In this document: positions 40,880 to 53,441 of the stretch, piece after piece
Position numbering within the stretch: the first letter of the stretch is position 1
Layout: each line of letters begins with the position of its first letter
Origin: Diadema antillarum
Lineage: Eukaryota
DNA length: 64,000 nt
Reading direction: 5' to 3'
NCBI RefSeq assembly: GCF_040938485.1
Contig: NW_027271346.1
Coordinates: 1,178,001-1,242,000 of the forward strand
Notes under the pieces: generated by a model
What the model saw: only the letters and a program-made list of their open reading frames with translations
Databases searched by the model: none
Told to the model about the DNA's origin: nothing
Translations under genes and position numbers: made by a program

Positions 40880-41308
40880 GTCTGCTTTAAAAACAAGGCA
40901 CATAAGTTTAAATACCACACAAATGAAGGCCAGACTGGTTGCAATGAGAACGCGTTCAGAACTTGTGCTGTGTTCAGTGGCCAGTGCGGAAGGTTGTGTA
41001 GGCTTTACCTTGTGTTTGATGGTCACTACTTGTTCACCCCAAATGCAGGTCTGTTGTAACATCCAGAGAAAGCCAAAATTAGAATGGTATTATGTTTTCA
41101 TTTCTAAATTTGGTCGTAAATGAACTGCCTTGTATATAGCTATCAAACTACTCCATCCACAGAACCCATAATGGTCTTATCTATTTCCTTATTGCCATGA
41201 TTTTGGTGCCAAAACCGCTTTTAGTACTTAGTGTCTTTTGTTGGTATGCTGCAACATGGTGATACAAAGTATGCTGTGGCTTGAAAGATGCAGATGGATA
41301 TACACTTG

Positions 41309-41726
41309 CATGGCCGGTGGAACCGGGCGGGGGGTCTTGCCCCCCCCCCCCCCCCCTCCCACTTTTTGCGCACCATACAAAGGAATACCTAAGGTGTTAT
41401 CACTTTGGGCCCCCCTCCCACACTTTTTTTAACCTGGAAGTACGTAAAGTGGCACTAAAAAGAAATAGATAGCTAGATCTTGAAGTGTGAGCACAGTAAG
41501 GTTATTTTTTTTTTTTCCGCTGAAGACCCTTCAGGTAAAGAAACTCGGAAGTGGAAGGAGAAAGATAAGCTGAAGACCTTTTTTTTTTTTTTACTTGTCA
41601 GCTGAAGAAACCCGGAAGTGGAAGGGAGGGATGAGCTAAGGAACTTTTTTTTTTTTTGCTTGTTAGCTCATGAAACGCAGAAGTGCCCCCCCCCCCACAC
41701 TTTTGAAAACGCTCCGCCAGGACTTG
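41309..41726. mobile_element. GC-rich TIR-like repeat with C17/C11 tracts and internal CGGAAGTG repeats
   Basis: CATGGCCGGTGGAACC start and weakly inverted GCTCCGCCAGGACTTG end. Internal imperfect repeats gctgaagacc and cggaagtggaagg. No TSD seen. Confidence 0.45.
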
Positions 41727-42685
41727 TATTTATCAGTTCCTGTAGTCTCCTTATGTAATAGTATATTGCTTGCTATTTTATGACATTAACCAAGTACCTA
41801 CAATGTGCAGCACTATGTACCAGGTAATCCCGGTATTAAAGCAAGATTGCTCTGCACAAAATTCCCACATGCAGTTATTGCAGATGATTAATGCCAATAT
41901 TTACAAATAGTTGCCCCATGAACATTTAAAAGGAGGTAAACGCATCATGCTTTGTTTGTACCAACTCGCTTGTGTATGTGTTATAGGCCCTATACGTTAC
42001 GTTACATGTGAATTGTGGCATTCATCGTCTATTGTTCGCCTAACTTATTGCATTACTAAGCCCTCATTAATTACTTCATTTTACACCGCGTTATTTCATT
42101 TTATATTGTCTCGAATCGCGAGAGTACCACATTAGTATGTCGCAGCCTTGAGAAAATCTCAACTGGACCCTCGATCTCAAAAGATTTCTCATCAGTCAGT
42201 GGCAGGATACCAGTATGTTAGTTCGGGGTATATTGGATGGGAAGACGAAGAGAAATGGCTAATCAAAAAATAGCCGACGCAGTTGTGTAGCAAAGCAGGC
42301 AGGGTTCGGATCGCGCGCGCGTGACCCAAATCTGTGACTTAAAAATACCTGACTTCCGGAATCGCCGCATTTGCCCGTCACCTTTGCATCACCTCGTATT
42401 TTATCGCTCAGTAGAAACAGCTCGAGTGGTCGTAAAATACGAGGTGCTGCGTTGGACAAAATTCGTGGCGATGCCAGGGATGTGAGGTGCTCTCAGTAGA
42501 AACACGCTCAAAAACTTTTTAAAAAATGCTTGAGGTTAAGATACTTCCGAACACAATGTCACCTAAGCCTCAGTCACAACCCGCCATACTTTTTTTTTTT
42601 GCCCCATGAACATTTCAAAGGAGGTAAAGAAAAACTTATTAAAAGATGCTTGAGGTTAAGATACTTCCAAACACAATGTCATGTA

Positions 42686-43000
42686 AGCCTCGGTCACAAC
42701 CCGCCGTACTTGCAAGTGTGTGCTGTCTACTTGCAGAAACGTTGGCAAAATTTGAGGATCCGTACATAGTAAGTACCGCCTCAGTACAGATTTTGGAGCA
42801 TGCAGACACGCCATAGCACTTTTAGGACTTGAAGAACTTTCACTGCATTTAGGCTACAGACTCACAATAAGTTCGGGTTGACGTACTCCCTCCGTGGTCT
42901 TGCCACTCCCTCCCCACGTTTTTTCAGAAAAATGTGAATGCCGTGGTCTCCGCCAAAAACTTATGGACTATAAACACATACGTGGGTCGTGACTGAGGCT
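42686..43000. mobile_element. 315-bp TA-flanked MITE
   Basis: TA|AGCCTCGGTCACAACCC ... GGGTCGTGACTGAGGCT|TA (15/17 inverted match). A second copy of the left end sits at 42566. Confidence 0.7.
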
Positions 43001-43810
43001 TAAGCTCTATGAATACACTGAAGTTTAGCAAATAACTTTCCAACTTAATGTTCTGCCTTTTTTTGTTCTTTTTTACAATTCCCCTACATTGTTCAGTGAT
43101 TGTGTTATTCTAATCAAGTTAATTGTTGTAAATAGTGTGATTCTGTATAATTTTTCAATAAAACTTAAATAAGAAAAAAATGACTTTCCAAGGTATGTGC
43201 ATAGACAGTGATGAATTAGAGCATTTACATGTATAATCACACCTGAAATCTTGTACTTCTTGTTTTCAGTGAGTGAGATGTTTATAGTCTTCACAATGTC
43301 TTATAAAAAGTGACCTGAGTCATGTTTCCTCATCAGTTTCCTTGTTCCTTGGGTTTCACTTCCATGTTGGTAGCTGTGTGATCAGTAGCATCTCTGTCAC
43401 AAAGCCTTGTGGATGAATTCACTGAAGCAGTCAGAACCCATTACATTGATGTGAATCAACACTGATAGTTCTGTGACTAATGTAGTTTGTCACACTGCTG
43501 CCTTCTTTGATATTTACATATGAGTACAGAAACCAAAGTGCATTGGCCAGGCAGACATTGTACAACAGGGATAATTCACTCGCATCTCAGCTGGCAAAAC
43601 TGCTCAGTATAAATGTCCTGTCTTTTATATGTATTTAAATCAAATTATTGGCGACCACCATGACATGAACTTTTTGTGTGCCACTATTGACACAGTAACT
43701 TATGATATTCTTACGAGTCTCCTGCTGTTATATTACCAGTACAAGAGTTTTCTACATGGTTGTAGAATGTTCGAGATGTACTGTACAGGCTTACATGGTC
43801 TGTATCTTTG

Positions 43811-43834
43811 CACACACACACACACACACACACA
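43811..43834. repeat. (CA)n microsatellite
   Basis: Direct inspection. Confidence 0.9.
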
Positions 43835-46800
43835 AACAAAACTAGGAAATTTCCAAATTTGTGTGCAAACTATATGATAAGTTGTGAAGTGATGACATTA
43901 CTAACTGACTCGTTTGCATATCATTCACATTGACTATTCAAGAGGTTTTTTTGTGCAAAAATAGTGAAACTTTTCAATTTCATAAGTTCCCTAATTTTTA
44001 TTAATTTTCAATCAAATTTTCACGGTTGTGCTAATTTATTTGACTCCTTATTATCAGACTAGCTTTAAACTGATCTAGAATTCCCCTGTGATACATATGC
44101 AGTCAGTAAGTCACTGAATGTGAGAATCTCTGATGCAAAGTATATAATGATCTTCAGTCTTCCATTCCAGATTTATTAAGAGAGCTTTCAATTTATGGAA
44201 AAATTTCCATGTAAACATGCTGTACTGTATGTACATGCATGGTTCTCCTATATGTTAGCCCAGTGAAAGTTGCATGTTTGACTGGCTATGGAGTTTCTGC
44301 CAAAGCTGAGATATGAAATTTCGTTAGCAGTAAACAGTTAGAGACTCATTGTCATAAGTGCACACTCACTATTAACACATAACACTTTAACAAACATGTT
44401 TAACCCGTATCCTACGGGAACCTGGTGGCCTGTGTATTAAGTCTATGGGGATTTCATAATTTGGTATAGAACTGTGATGACAAGTAAATTCTTTTCAGTG
44501 TGAAAGTCTTCCGTCTATAACTGTAATCAAGTGGATTCTCAAAGTTTCACACTCTGTTGATGTGTTTGCAAAGTCATTGACGGTGACCAAAGCGAAGGGA
44601 TGGTTAGCTGACCATGCAGTACTGATTCCTCTTAAATGTCACAAGGTGAATTATGGAAGTAATTTCTTTTTGATATTGTTATTGAAGAGAGGTGGGACAT
44701 TGTCTTTCTTTATTACCAAGGAGGTATGTTATAATATTCAGCCCAATTGCAACACATCATACAAGAGCTCTGAATATTTCCCCATCTATAACATTCTGTG
44801 CATGTTTTAAACTCTAACAAAATAGAAGCCATTGTAAAACTTTACTGAGAATATACCGTAGTGTTGTAGATTGGATGTATAAGTGCAGGATTGTTTTTCT
44901 GTCAAAGATTTCTTTGACTAAAGCAATGTAAAACAGAGAATTGGTATCAAATGATGAAAGCGTAGGTATGATGCACCATCCATATCAGCCTGTTACTGTT
45001 TGCTTTATGTACTTTCACTGATTTTCAAAGCTAATTCACCATCACATAGCATATTTTACTCAACCAGCATTACAGTAGCTGACTTGGCAGGCAACTTGGC
45101 AGCTAATTTGACGGAAGAAATCATTTCAAACTCTAACCACCAGGTGCCATGTTGCATTAGTAAATTAACGATCAGTAGGTAAGCAAAAATTCTGAAAGCT
45201 GGGAGGTACTAATGGATTGCAAGAATTCTCTTTTTGTCACATCTTTTGTGAGTGGATTAGCTTGTACTTTTGTGCTTAACCGCACTCCTTTGGTTTAGTT
45301 TTGTTCATCTTCACTATCAAAAATGGAATATTTCAGCCAAGCTTATACTTTACTTTTGCAGAAAGAATTCTTAAGCATGTGTGTACAGATAAGGTTAAGA
45401 TGGATAGATGCTGCAGGATGAAATAGGACAATGCAAAAGTGACAGTGGACACTTGGAAAAAAAACCTTTTGTCCTCAAAACTTCTCTCATATCTTCCGTA
45501 ATGATCCACTGAATCATGAATTAAGAATCGTGAAATAAGAACAAAGCTAGATGTAAATTATTGCGAAGTATTGTTCAATTAACAAGACAATACAGAGGCA
45601 TCAAGGACAGCACATTGTCTGGGAAGGGTTGCCACGTGAACGGAGGGAAGTTGGGTAAAGACAGTTAGACGAGATCGATGAGGCGATCTGCACAGCAGAT
45701 TGTGCGATCACTCTCACTTCCTCCGTCTCCTTGGAACTCTGTCTTACATTGATCTCAATCTGGGAGGAAATGGCAAGTTATGTCACCGCTCGCCATCACC
45801 GCATCTCCAGCTGTCAACGGACTTGTCATGGTTTGTGGTAATTAGCGTGAGGGCTCCCTCCATTGCTTCCCTCACTAGCGATACTTCCCAAATAGGTAGC
45901 CACAGACAATTTCTTGCTCATGCATCACTGCTGATTGATGCTTTCCTCACTCCATCAAATCTCCAGGTTCTGCCATTAAAAGCTGGAGTGGACTTGCAAA
46001 GAGAGTGGTTATTTTCCTGGGGCAATAAACTCTGTGATTTTTATCATCCAGTGCTCGTGGTTCTTCTTTCTCAAAATGTTCAAAATTTTTTCCTTTTATA
46101 ATGACTATTCGAAGAGAATTTTATAGCTGAATCCCATGATATCTTACCAAGATTATGCATACTCATCGTTCTATCAAGACTCAGTGGTAATCCTTATTCA
46201 TAGCATGCCAGTTCATGGATTCCACCCCCCAATTGGATGCTAGTATGTAACTGTCCTAAATCTGTCCCATATTGTCCCATAAGGCATACATTATTAAGTA
46301 TCTGTTCTGGTGATTCAAAGTCCCTCTTCAGTGCTACCAGTATTGTGTCTAATAGCTGGTATGGTTCTATAATAAGGAGTTCTAATCCACTGTCATCCCA
46401 CCATCCAAGTAGTTATTGCAAAGTGAAAATTAAGCCTTAATACTTTGATACTGCAATACATGAAGGTCATTATGCTTGTGCACATTTTGTATTATAAGCG
46501 ACATTTCTACAACAAAACACAAATAGTTTGGTAATCTGCTCACAAATGCACAGCATCTATTGATGTGGATCAATTTCATTGCAGCTGAACTCAGTACCAG
46601 CTCACTGTCAATTTTAGATCACAGTAGAGTGATATCTCCTTTGCGATTATGTCATTATTTCACCTGCCATGATACAATATAGAAAGTAAAAAAAAAATGA
46701 TGAAAGGTTAATGGAGAATGTAAAACAGGCTTTTCTGTCAAGGAACTCCTGCTTCTGTGCTTGACAGTTGACATTGATAATACTTGGCAGCAAGCGAATT

Positions 46801-47263
46801 TGCCATGGTGTGGACAAGAATTACTTTATTAGTACAAGGTAGTCTTCCTTTCCAACCTTCAGATTGTGTTTCTTCTTGAAAGTTCCTCTGCATGTGTCCT
46901 GTTAAACTTCTGTTCCTGTCAGGAAGTCCTCCTTAGCGTTCTTCTCTCCAAGCCACAGGCAGGTCACCACGCTGGTAGACACGATCACCTCACAGAGGCT
47001 AATCAAATTAGGAAGGCAGGTTGATTGTACCAGCCACTAAATTACATGAACATGAACCTGGCTCACGTTTTTAGCGAGGGAGTTTATCTGAGTTCATGTG
47101 GTGTGTTTGCACATGAATGGCAGCTAGAGATGTGTTAATTTATTCTTACTATTAACAAGATTCAAGGAAATGTAACTCTTAGCTTACCAAGCCACAAACT
47201 TTGATGTGAAGAAATCATCATGATTTTAGTTTTTGTTTCCTTCTTGTGTATAATGTATGAGAC

Positions 47264-47436
47264 CTGGGGGTGTTTCATCAATTTAGTCAGCGCTGACAAA
47301 GTTGTCAGTCACTGACAATTTCAGCAAAATCCTTGGTTTTGATTGGCTGAGATGCTCTGGTCACTGACTGTTACCATGGTGATTGTCAGAGACTGACAAC
47401 TTGTCAGCGCTGACTAACTTAATGAAACACCCCCAG
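47264..47436. mobile_element. 173-bp highly palindromic MITE (possibly PIF/Harbinger-like)
   Basis: Perfect 15-bp TIR CTGGGGGTGTTTCAT / ATGAAACACCCCCAG, plus subterminal inverted ttagtcagcgctgacaa.gttgtcagtc / gactgacaacttgtcagcgctgactaa. Confidence 0.8.
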
Positions 47437-48657
47437 ATCCATATTGAGTGAAAATTAGCTTTTTTTATAATAAATGATAATTGATGAATAATCTTTTTAA
47501 GCACTTTTTCATGATGTTGCTCATATCTATAACTTTTGCAAACATGAATATGTTGCACTAACAAATGCAGTGAATTGATATCCTGATTTGGGACAAAGTC
47601 CAGTCAAATAGAAAGTTACCTAATGACAAACTTTAAGAGCAATTAAAATACAGCAAGGCTATTATTGTGGTTTTTTTTCAAGGCACAAAAGACAGTGGAA
47701 TGTGAAGTACATTTTCCCCATCATGCTTAAACTAATGATGTATTACCACCTACACTGCAAACCCATTTCATTTTCTTTATGATGCTTATGCTGCTGTTGT
47801 GGCTAATATCATATTGCATTCAGATTTCTGAGAAAATGCCCTGCAAATTTTATGTCCCGTGTTATTTCCTGTTTAGGGAATGTAATCATCAGTATCAGAT
47901 ACATCCCTGAATGTTTCCTTGTGTCCCCCAGCAAAGTTCAGTCATAGCAGAGTGTATAAACATAATTCCCACATATTGATTATTTAGAGTCACCTTATTG
48001 TCATAATGATTAATTGCAAGCATTAACTCTTAATGTGCATGAATATAAAAGTTCTGCACCTCAAATGGCATATAGAAAGCAATGAGGAAGCATTGAAATG
48101 AGTGGGCCATACCTTGTATTTGACAGAAGAATGGGTGCTAGTCCCCTCTCAGCATTGCAGCACATAATTATCATATAAACTAGCTTAAAGGTAATATAGT
48201 GTAAGTCAGATGCTTTGTCCTTTGTGGCATGTGTCTGATTGGTTGACTGAAGGGTTATAATGTGTCAGTATTTAAATATTCAGTGTGTTTTGTCTATCTA
48301 AATGTTATGTGTGTGTCATCATTTTTGTATCATACATCCTTGTTGATCAGTCAGAGAGGAATGTACAGTGTATTTCCCTATCAGTGTGTTTCTTGACTTC
48401 AATTTATGTGAATAATGCCCTTGCAGTAAATTTCATGTCATATCTATCAGGGGATTATTTAGCATATAAAAATGCTTTTCTTTACAAACCTTTGTGATCA
48501 CAATCAGGTTTGATGTGTCTTGTTGTGGTTGTGCACTCTTGTTTTGTTGCAAGTATGAAACAATAACATTTTGTTGATATAGAGTAATAAGAAGTAATTT
48601 CTGGACCATGTTGTGCAACTAAAGGAAATATCTTTCTGGTCTTTCTTATCATTTCAG

Positions 48658-49280
48658 AGGATCAAGATGTGGACCTTGATGCTCTCCTTGGGGACCTCTG
48701 TCAGATGGAGCTTGACCTTCAAAAGAAAATTGATGATTCCAATGCCAAAGGCCCCTCAAAGTCAGCTGCACCAGCACCAGCACCAGCACCAGCTCCAAGT
48801 ACCAAGATACCAGATAACAGTGATTTGCCACCACCGCCACCACCAACAGAAGGTTTTGGTGGAGATGAAGAGCCGCTACCACCTCCTCCCCCCATGGACA
48901 ATGACATGCCATTGCCTCCCCCTCCTGCAGACTTCCCTGCACCTCCACCCACCAGTGGAGAGGTTGAGGAAGGTACAACTCCAGTGTCACCCACACCAAC
49001 ACTGACACCCACTGCGGGTCCCCCAGAATCTCCCATGACACCCACAACACCAATAGCACAGACGGTGCAACACACATCACCAGATGCAGCACCAGTGGTG
49101 GGTGGGGTACATCACCACTCGCAGCCTCCAGCACCTTTGAATCTACAAGGTACCGCTAATGGAGTTGCTAATGGCTCTAGGGCTCCCTACGGACCAGCAT
49201 TTACAATAACTGCAAGTTCCCCCTCTCCAAGTCAGAGCCCAATGTCTCCCTCCGGTTACAGCATGTTTGGTGTCCCGCCG
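48658..49280 (+). CDS. RAPH1: MRL exon: talin-binding-type amphipathic helix plus proline-rich/EVH1-ligand region
   Basis: Acceptor tttcag|AG at 48657/8 and donor CCG|gtgagt at 49281. Encodes (E)DQDVDLDALLGDLCQMELDL...DLPPPPPP...EPLPPPPP...DFPAPPP...SMFGVPP. Lies within ORF 48669-49466. Confidence 0.9.
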
Positions 49281-49745
49281 GTGAGTGAAAGAGCAACATT
49301 TTTTATGCGATTGTCTCCATTGACAAAGGGGCACTGCACTGGTAGCAGCATTGGTTTGATAAATAGGCTTATGTCAATGATATTACACGTTTTTCATCAG
49401 AATCTTGCAGAACGTAATGCTACAGAAGTGCTACAGTGTATCCCTTGGAGTGTTGAAATAGTTTGACTCTTATATATCATATATTGTCAGTGCACATATT
49501 AAAAATAATCGAAAGCCTGATATATCTGTCACAGCCTCATAGTAACCCAGTTACTAATAAATATCATGCTTTTTCATTTTTTCTTTGTTTACAATGAAAT
49601 GATTCATTACCAAAAACTTTGTGCACACTTTTCAGATTATATTTGTTCACAGTCACTGGAAGTGACATATGGCATTAGATAGGTTTTGTCTTAAAAACGT
49701 AGGAGGGAGATATAGAGTCATTAAACTGTGCAGATGAGCGGCTTG

Positions 49746-50751
49746 TGCGGAAAGGGTGCGTTGGTACTTTTTCTCATGTACTATTAAAAGACGAGTTTTT
49801 AATTTATATTTAAACTTCAAACAACCATTTCAAAGAGGCTATCGTCCGGATCTGATATTTAGTTTGTCCAATGTTCATTTGGTCCAATATCCATTTGGTC
49901 TAATATCCGTTTCTGTTTTACATTACAGGGCATGGATCATGTGGATAATTAGTGGCTTATCTATATATAGTCCAGCTGCTGGGGGTGCTGGCCTGGCACC
50001 ATGGGGGAGGGGCGAGGGACCCTAAACTTTACCCTAATCTTATTTCATGTGTATGAACATCTGTTTTTTCCCTCAATGCAGGGTCAGAGGGTAGTCCATA
50101 GTCGTAGAAAAAGGCCACCCCAAAAAAAAAAAAAAATAAAATAAAAAAATAGCCCAGTTGGTCATATAGACGAAACGATGATTGGACCAAATGGTACCTG
50201 ATTAGACCAGGAGGCTGGCTGTTATACCAAATGACAATAAGATCAATGGTTATTAGACTAAATGGGTGTAGACTAAATTATGATAGACAGAGGCTAGACC
50301 AACTGGGCAATGGACCAAAATTAATGATGTGTACACCAAATTTATATTGGACAAATTTGGTTTTATTTTAGACCATTTGATGATGAGACGAAATGGAATT
50401 AGACCAACTCATGATAGACCAAATCGGTATTTGATGATATAAATTGGTGTTGGACCAAAAATAGACCAAATGGCTATTATTAGACGAATTGACTGTAGAC
50501 CAAATAGTAATTAAACCAAATAACAATTAGACCAAACAGTAATTAGACGAAATGATGACTAGACCAACTGGTTATTAGACCAACTGATATTAAACAGTCT
50601 ATTAGACCAACTGGCTGTAGACCAAGTGGTAATAGAGTGTAAACCAATCCAGACGATAGCCTCTTTGAAATGGTTGTTTGAAAGTTAAATATAAAATCAA
50701 ACTCGTCTTTTCATATTACATGAGAAAAAGTACCAACGCATCCTTTCCGCA
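49746..50751. mobile_element. ~1 kb foldback element with ~105-bp inverted arms and internal ~15-bp repeat arrays
   Basis: 49746-49851 and 50647-50751 are near-identical reverse complements. TTGGTC-type units at 49860-49905 face about 30 (T)AGACCAA units at 50156-50646. Confidence 0.8.
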
Positions 50752-53441
50752 AAAAGGGGGGGGGGGGGCTTTGTCAAAGGGTGGTGTTCCCATTAACGCG
50801 ACGCGCCACCACCCAACCCACCCTTTCGGCGCAAGCCCAGAAGAGCTAATAGTTGTCACACCAAATGATGGTTACCAGGCACGGTCAAAATGCCAAATGC
50901 TGATTCGCATTTGCTAGTAATCACCAGGAGAAACAGAAAAAGAAAACATTGTAACCACAAGTCAAGATCAATATACCTTAGGTTAATATTTCAAGAAACA
51001 GAAAATATTCCATGCACAAGTAAGATAAATACCCTGTTGACACTATGTAGTAATTAATTATACTTTTAGAATAAGAGAAAGGATTCACTGATGGAAGGTC
51101 TACATGAAGTGAGGCTGAAGAAGCATCTAGAGGAATTCCTGCTTTCAAGTACGAATTAAAAAGTACTTGACATGTTTGTAAAGGTCAAGAAAGTAATAAA
51201 CTCTCTGTGAGCCTTGAAGGCAGACTGTACGTTTTGTTGTTGTGGCTGACTGGTCATAATTTTAAACACTAAGATGTCAATTAGGCAAGGTTTTCTGGCC
51301 TTAGTAGCAGGATTGTAGCAGTGAGTATGGAGTAGGAAATTATCATGCCTGCTTAGCATATTTATGACTGTGACTCACTGCTGAAAGCTGATGGTAGCAG
51401 CATCAACACATTCCCCCTGTTTTATGGTGTAACATCATGGGCCAAGAAATTCCTGGTCATATGGTTTCTTAATGGAGAAAAAGTCCCATGTAGCAGGTAT
51501 AGCGAGCGGATCTTCTATGCATATGATAATAAGTAATGAGCCGACTTACACAGCATCATGGATGGGAATAGGGAGAGAGAAGCTCACACATTTGCCTTAT
51601 GTTTAAAGGGTAGCTATGCAAGTGAATTTTTGTACACAACTCTAAATAGAGAATGAAATAGCAAAATGTATTACTACGCTACTGCATATATGTCTATTTA
51701 CATATTTTGTTCTTTATCACGTTATGAAATTCTAGCTATTCTATTGAGAATGTAGACAGATAAACTGTATTTAAATCAAGTGTAACATAACAGGCAATCT
51801 TTTGTAATGACAAGTTAGCTCTAAAACATTAATATCTGAGAAAAATTGGTTTCAGCAGCAGTTCATGATCAGTAATCTGCTCATATTGCAACACATTTAG
51901 CCTTGTCACTTCAGTAATAATATTAAACTTAGTTTTTTAATCCGAGTGTGCGACAAATATTGTGAAGTGCAATGTCCTTATCATTCCCTGCGTTAGAATA
52001 AGATTCAGAGGAAACTTACTTAATTATTTTTTTTATTTTTCATGAAGGTTTGACGTGCAGAATGCTGTGTCAGTACTTGTAAAGCACACAATATTACAAA
52101 TGTTCATGTTGCAAACACAAAGTCTTTTGCATAATTAACTCCTCATCTCTTTAAAACTTTTTGATCATAAATCAATTGTGACAATATATTAAATGGAAAC
52201 AGTCTTAAGTAGTTTATCAACAATGACAAAGGTTAAATCAAAGATAATCAAAATTCAGAAGGGAATACTATGAGAGTAAAGTTCAAGTCTTTTTCAAACA
52301 ACCTCAATCTGTAGAAGAAATGTAGTGAAATATTTGATCATGTGGTCTGCTGTGATATTAAAATGAGTGCCTGGATTCACACTCATTCCCCTGTGACAAA
52401 GAAATGTTCACCAGTAAATGACAGAGAGAAATACATAACACATTGAGCATGTTTGACATGAACATTACTGGGAACCCTGTACAGTCACTGCTTCCAAATA
52501 TTAATTTGGGGGCAGACCGTGTATATTTTGAAAATTTAGCCAGTAGGTAACATGTAATTACAAGAATGATTTATAAGTAAGTGACATATATCATACTTGG
52601 AGTGTGGTGTGTGCAACCATGGCAAGTTTATTGTGGTGTGATCATTCACAAAGAGATTCCAAACAGCATAGAAGCATCTGCTTACAGTGTCTGCTTGTGC
52701 ATTGATGATGGCCTATGAAAGACATCTGGCCTGATGGATACAGAGCAGGGCTGCTCAGTCTCTCTGACTCTTCAGGATAAACTTTATACCTATCATGACC
52801 TAATAAGAGAATATAAATGTCTCCCTGATTAGGTATTATTTGCACCTACTGAGATGTATGTTACACGCAAGTATTTTCCTGATTGCTCTTTGTAGCCTTC
52901 TTGATTATAATACATGAATGCTTTCAGCCCTTATACAGTATGATCAAACTCTTGTGGTTCATGAAGAGAGAAAAAACATTGATGACTTTTATCAAATAGT
53001 GAAATATCATGTTTGCAGAGCACAGATCTGTCCGAAATACAGATGAATGTATACCACTGGCCAAGAACAATTGTACAAGTCAGTATTTGTAATTTATGAG
53101 CTTATTCCGACAAAAATGTATGATGCCAGATATTCTTATAATTCTGTTCAGGCAATAGATTACCACAGAAAAGCAAATTGTATGATGAGAGGTACTCAAA
53201 CAGTGAAATCTACTGGTAGTTTTTATCCAGTATTACAAAATTAACTTTTTTTAACCCATTACTGAAACAGTCATATTTGTATACTTGACCTGGTTATTAA
53301 AAAACTTGAGATATGTGAAAGAGAACAACCTCATCCATTCTCTTCTCTTTACTGATCTTTTTCCTCCCCTGTCCTCATTCTCATCCATTTCTTCTTCTCA
53401 TTCTTTTCTGTGCTCTTTTTTTTCTTGTCTGTCTGTCTTTG

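Noticed and set aside
45950-46440. Possible decayed LINE RT C-terminus on the minus strand
   Set aside because: Only vague resemblance, with many stops and no diagnostic motif.
48613-49334. Overlapping ORFs 48613-49005 (+), 48649-49134 (-), 48719-49075 (-) and 49143-49334 (-)
   Set aside because: Shadow frames of the low-complexity proline-rich exon.
49281-49466. ORF continuation VSERATFF... after the first exon
   Set aside because: It begins at a consensus GTGAGT donor, composition switches to intronic, and the next exon is phase-compatible.
50156-50646. AGACCAA array as a CRISPR-like repeat-spacer array
   Set aside because: The ~15-bp degenerate period has no unique 25-40 bp spacers, there are no cas genes, and the context is a eukaryotic intron.
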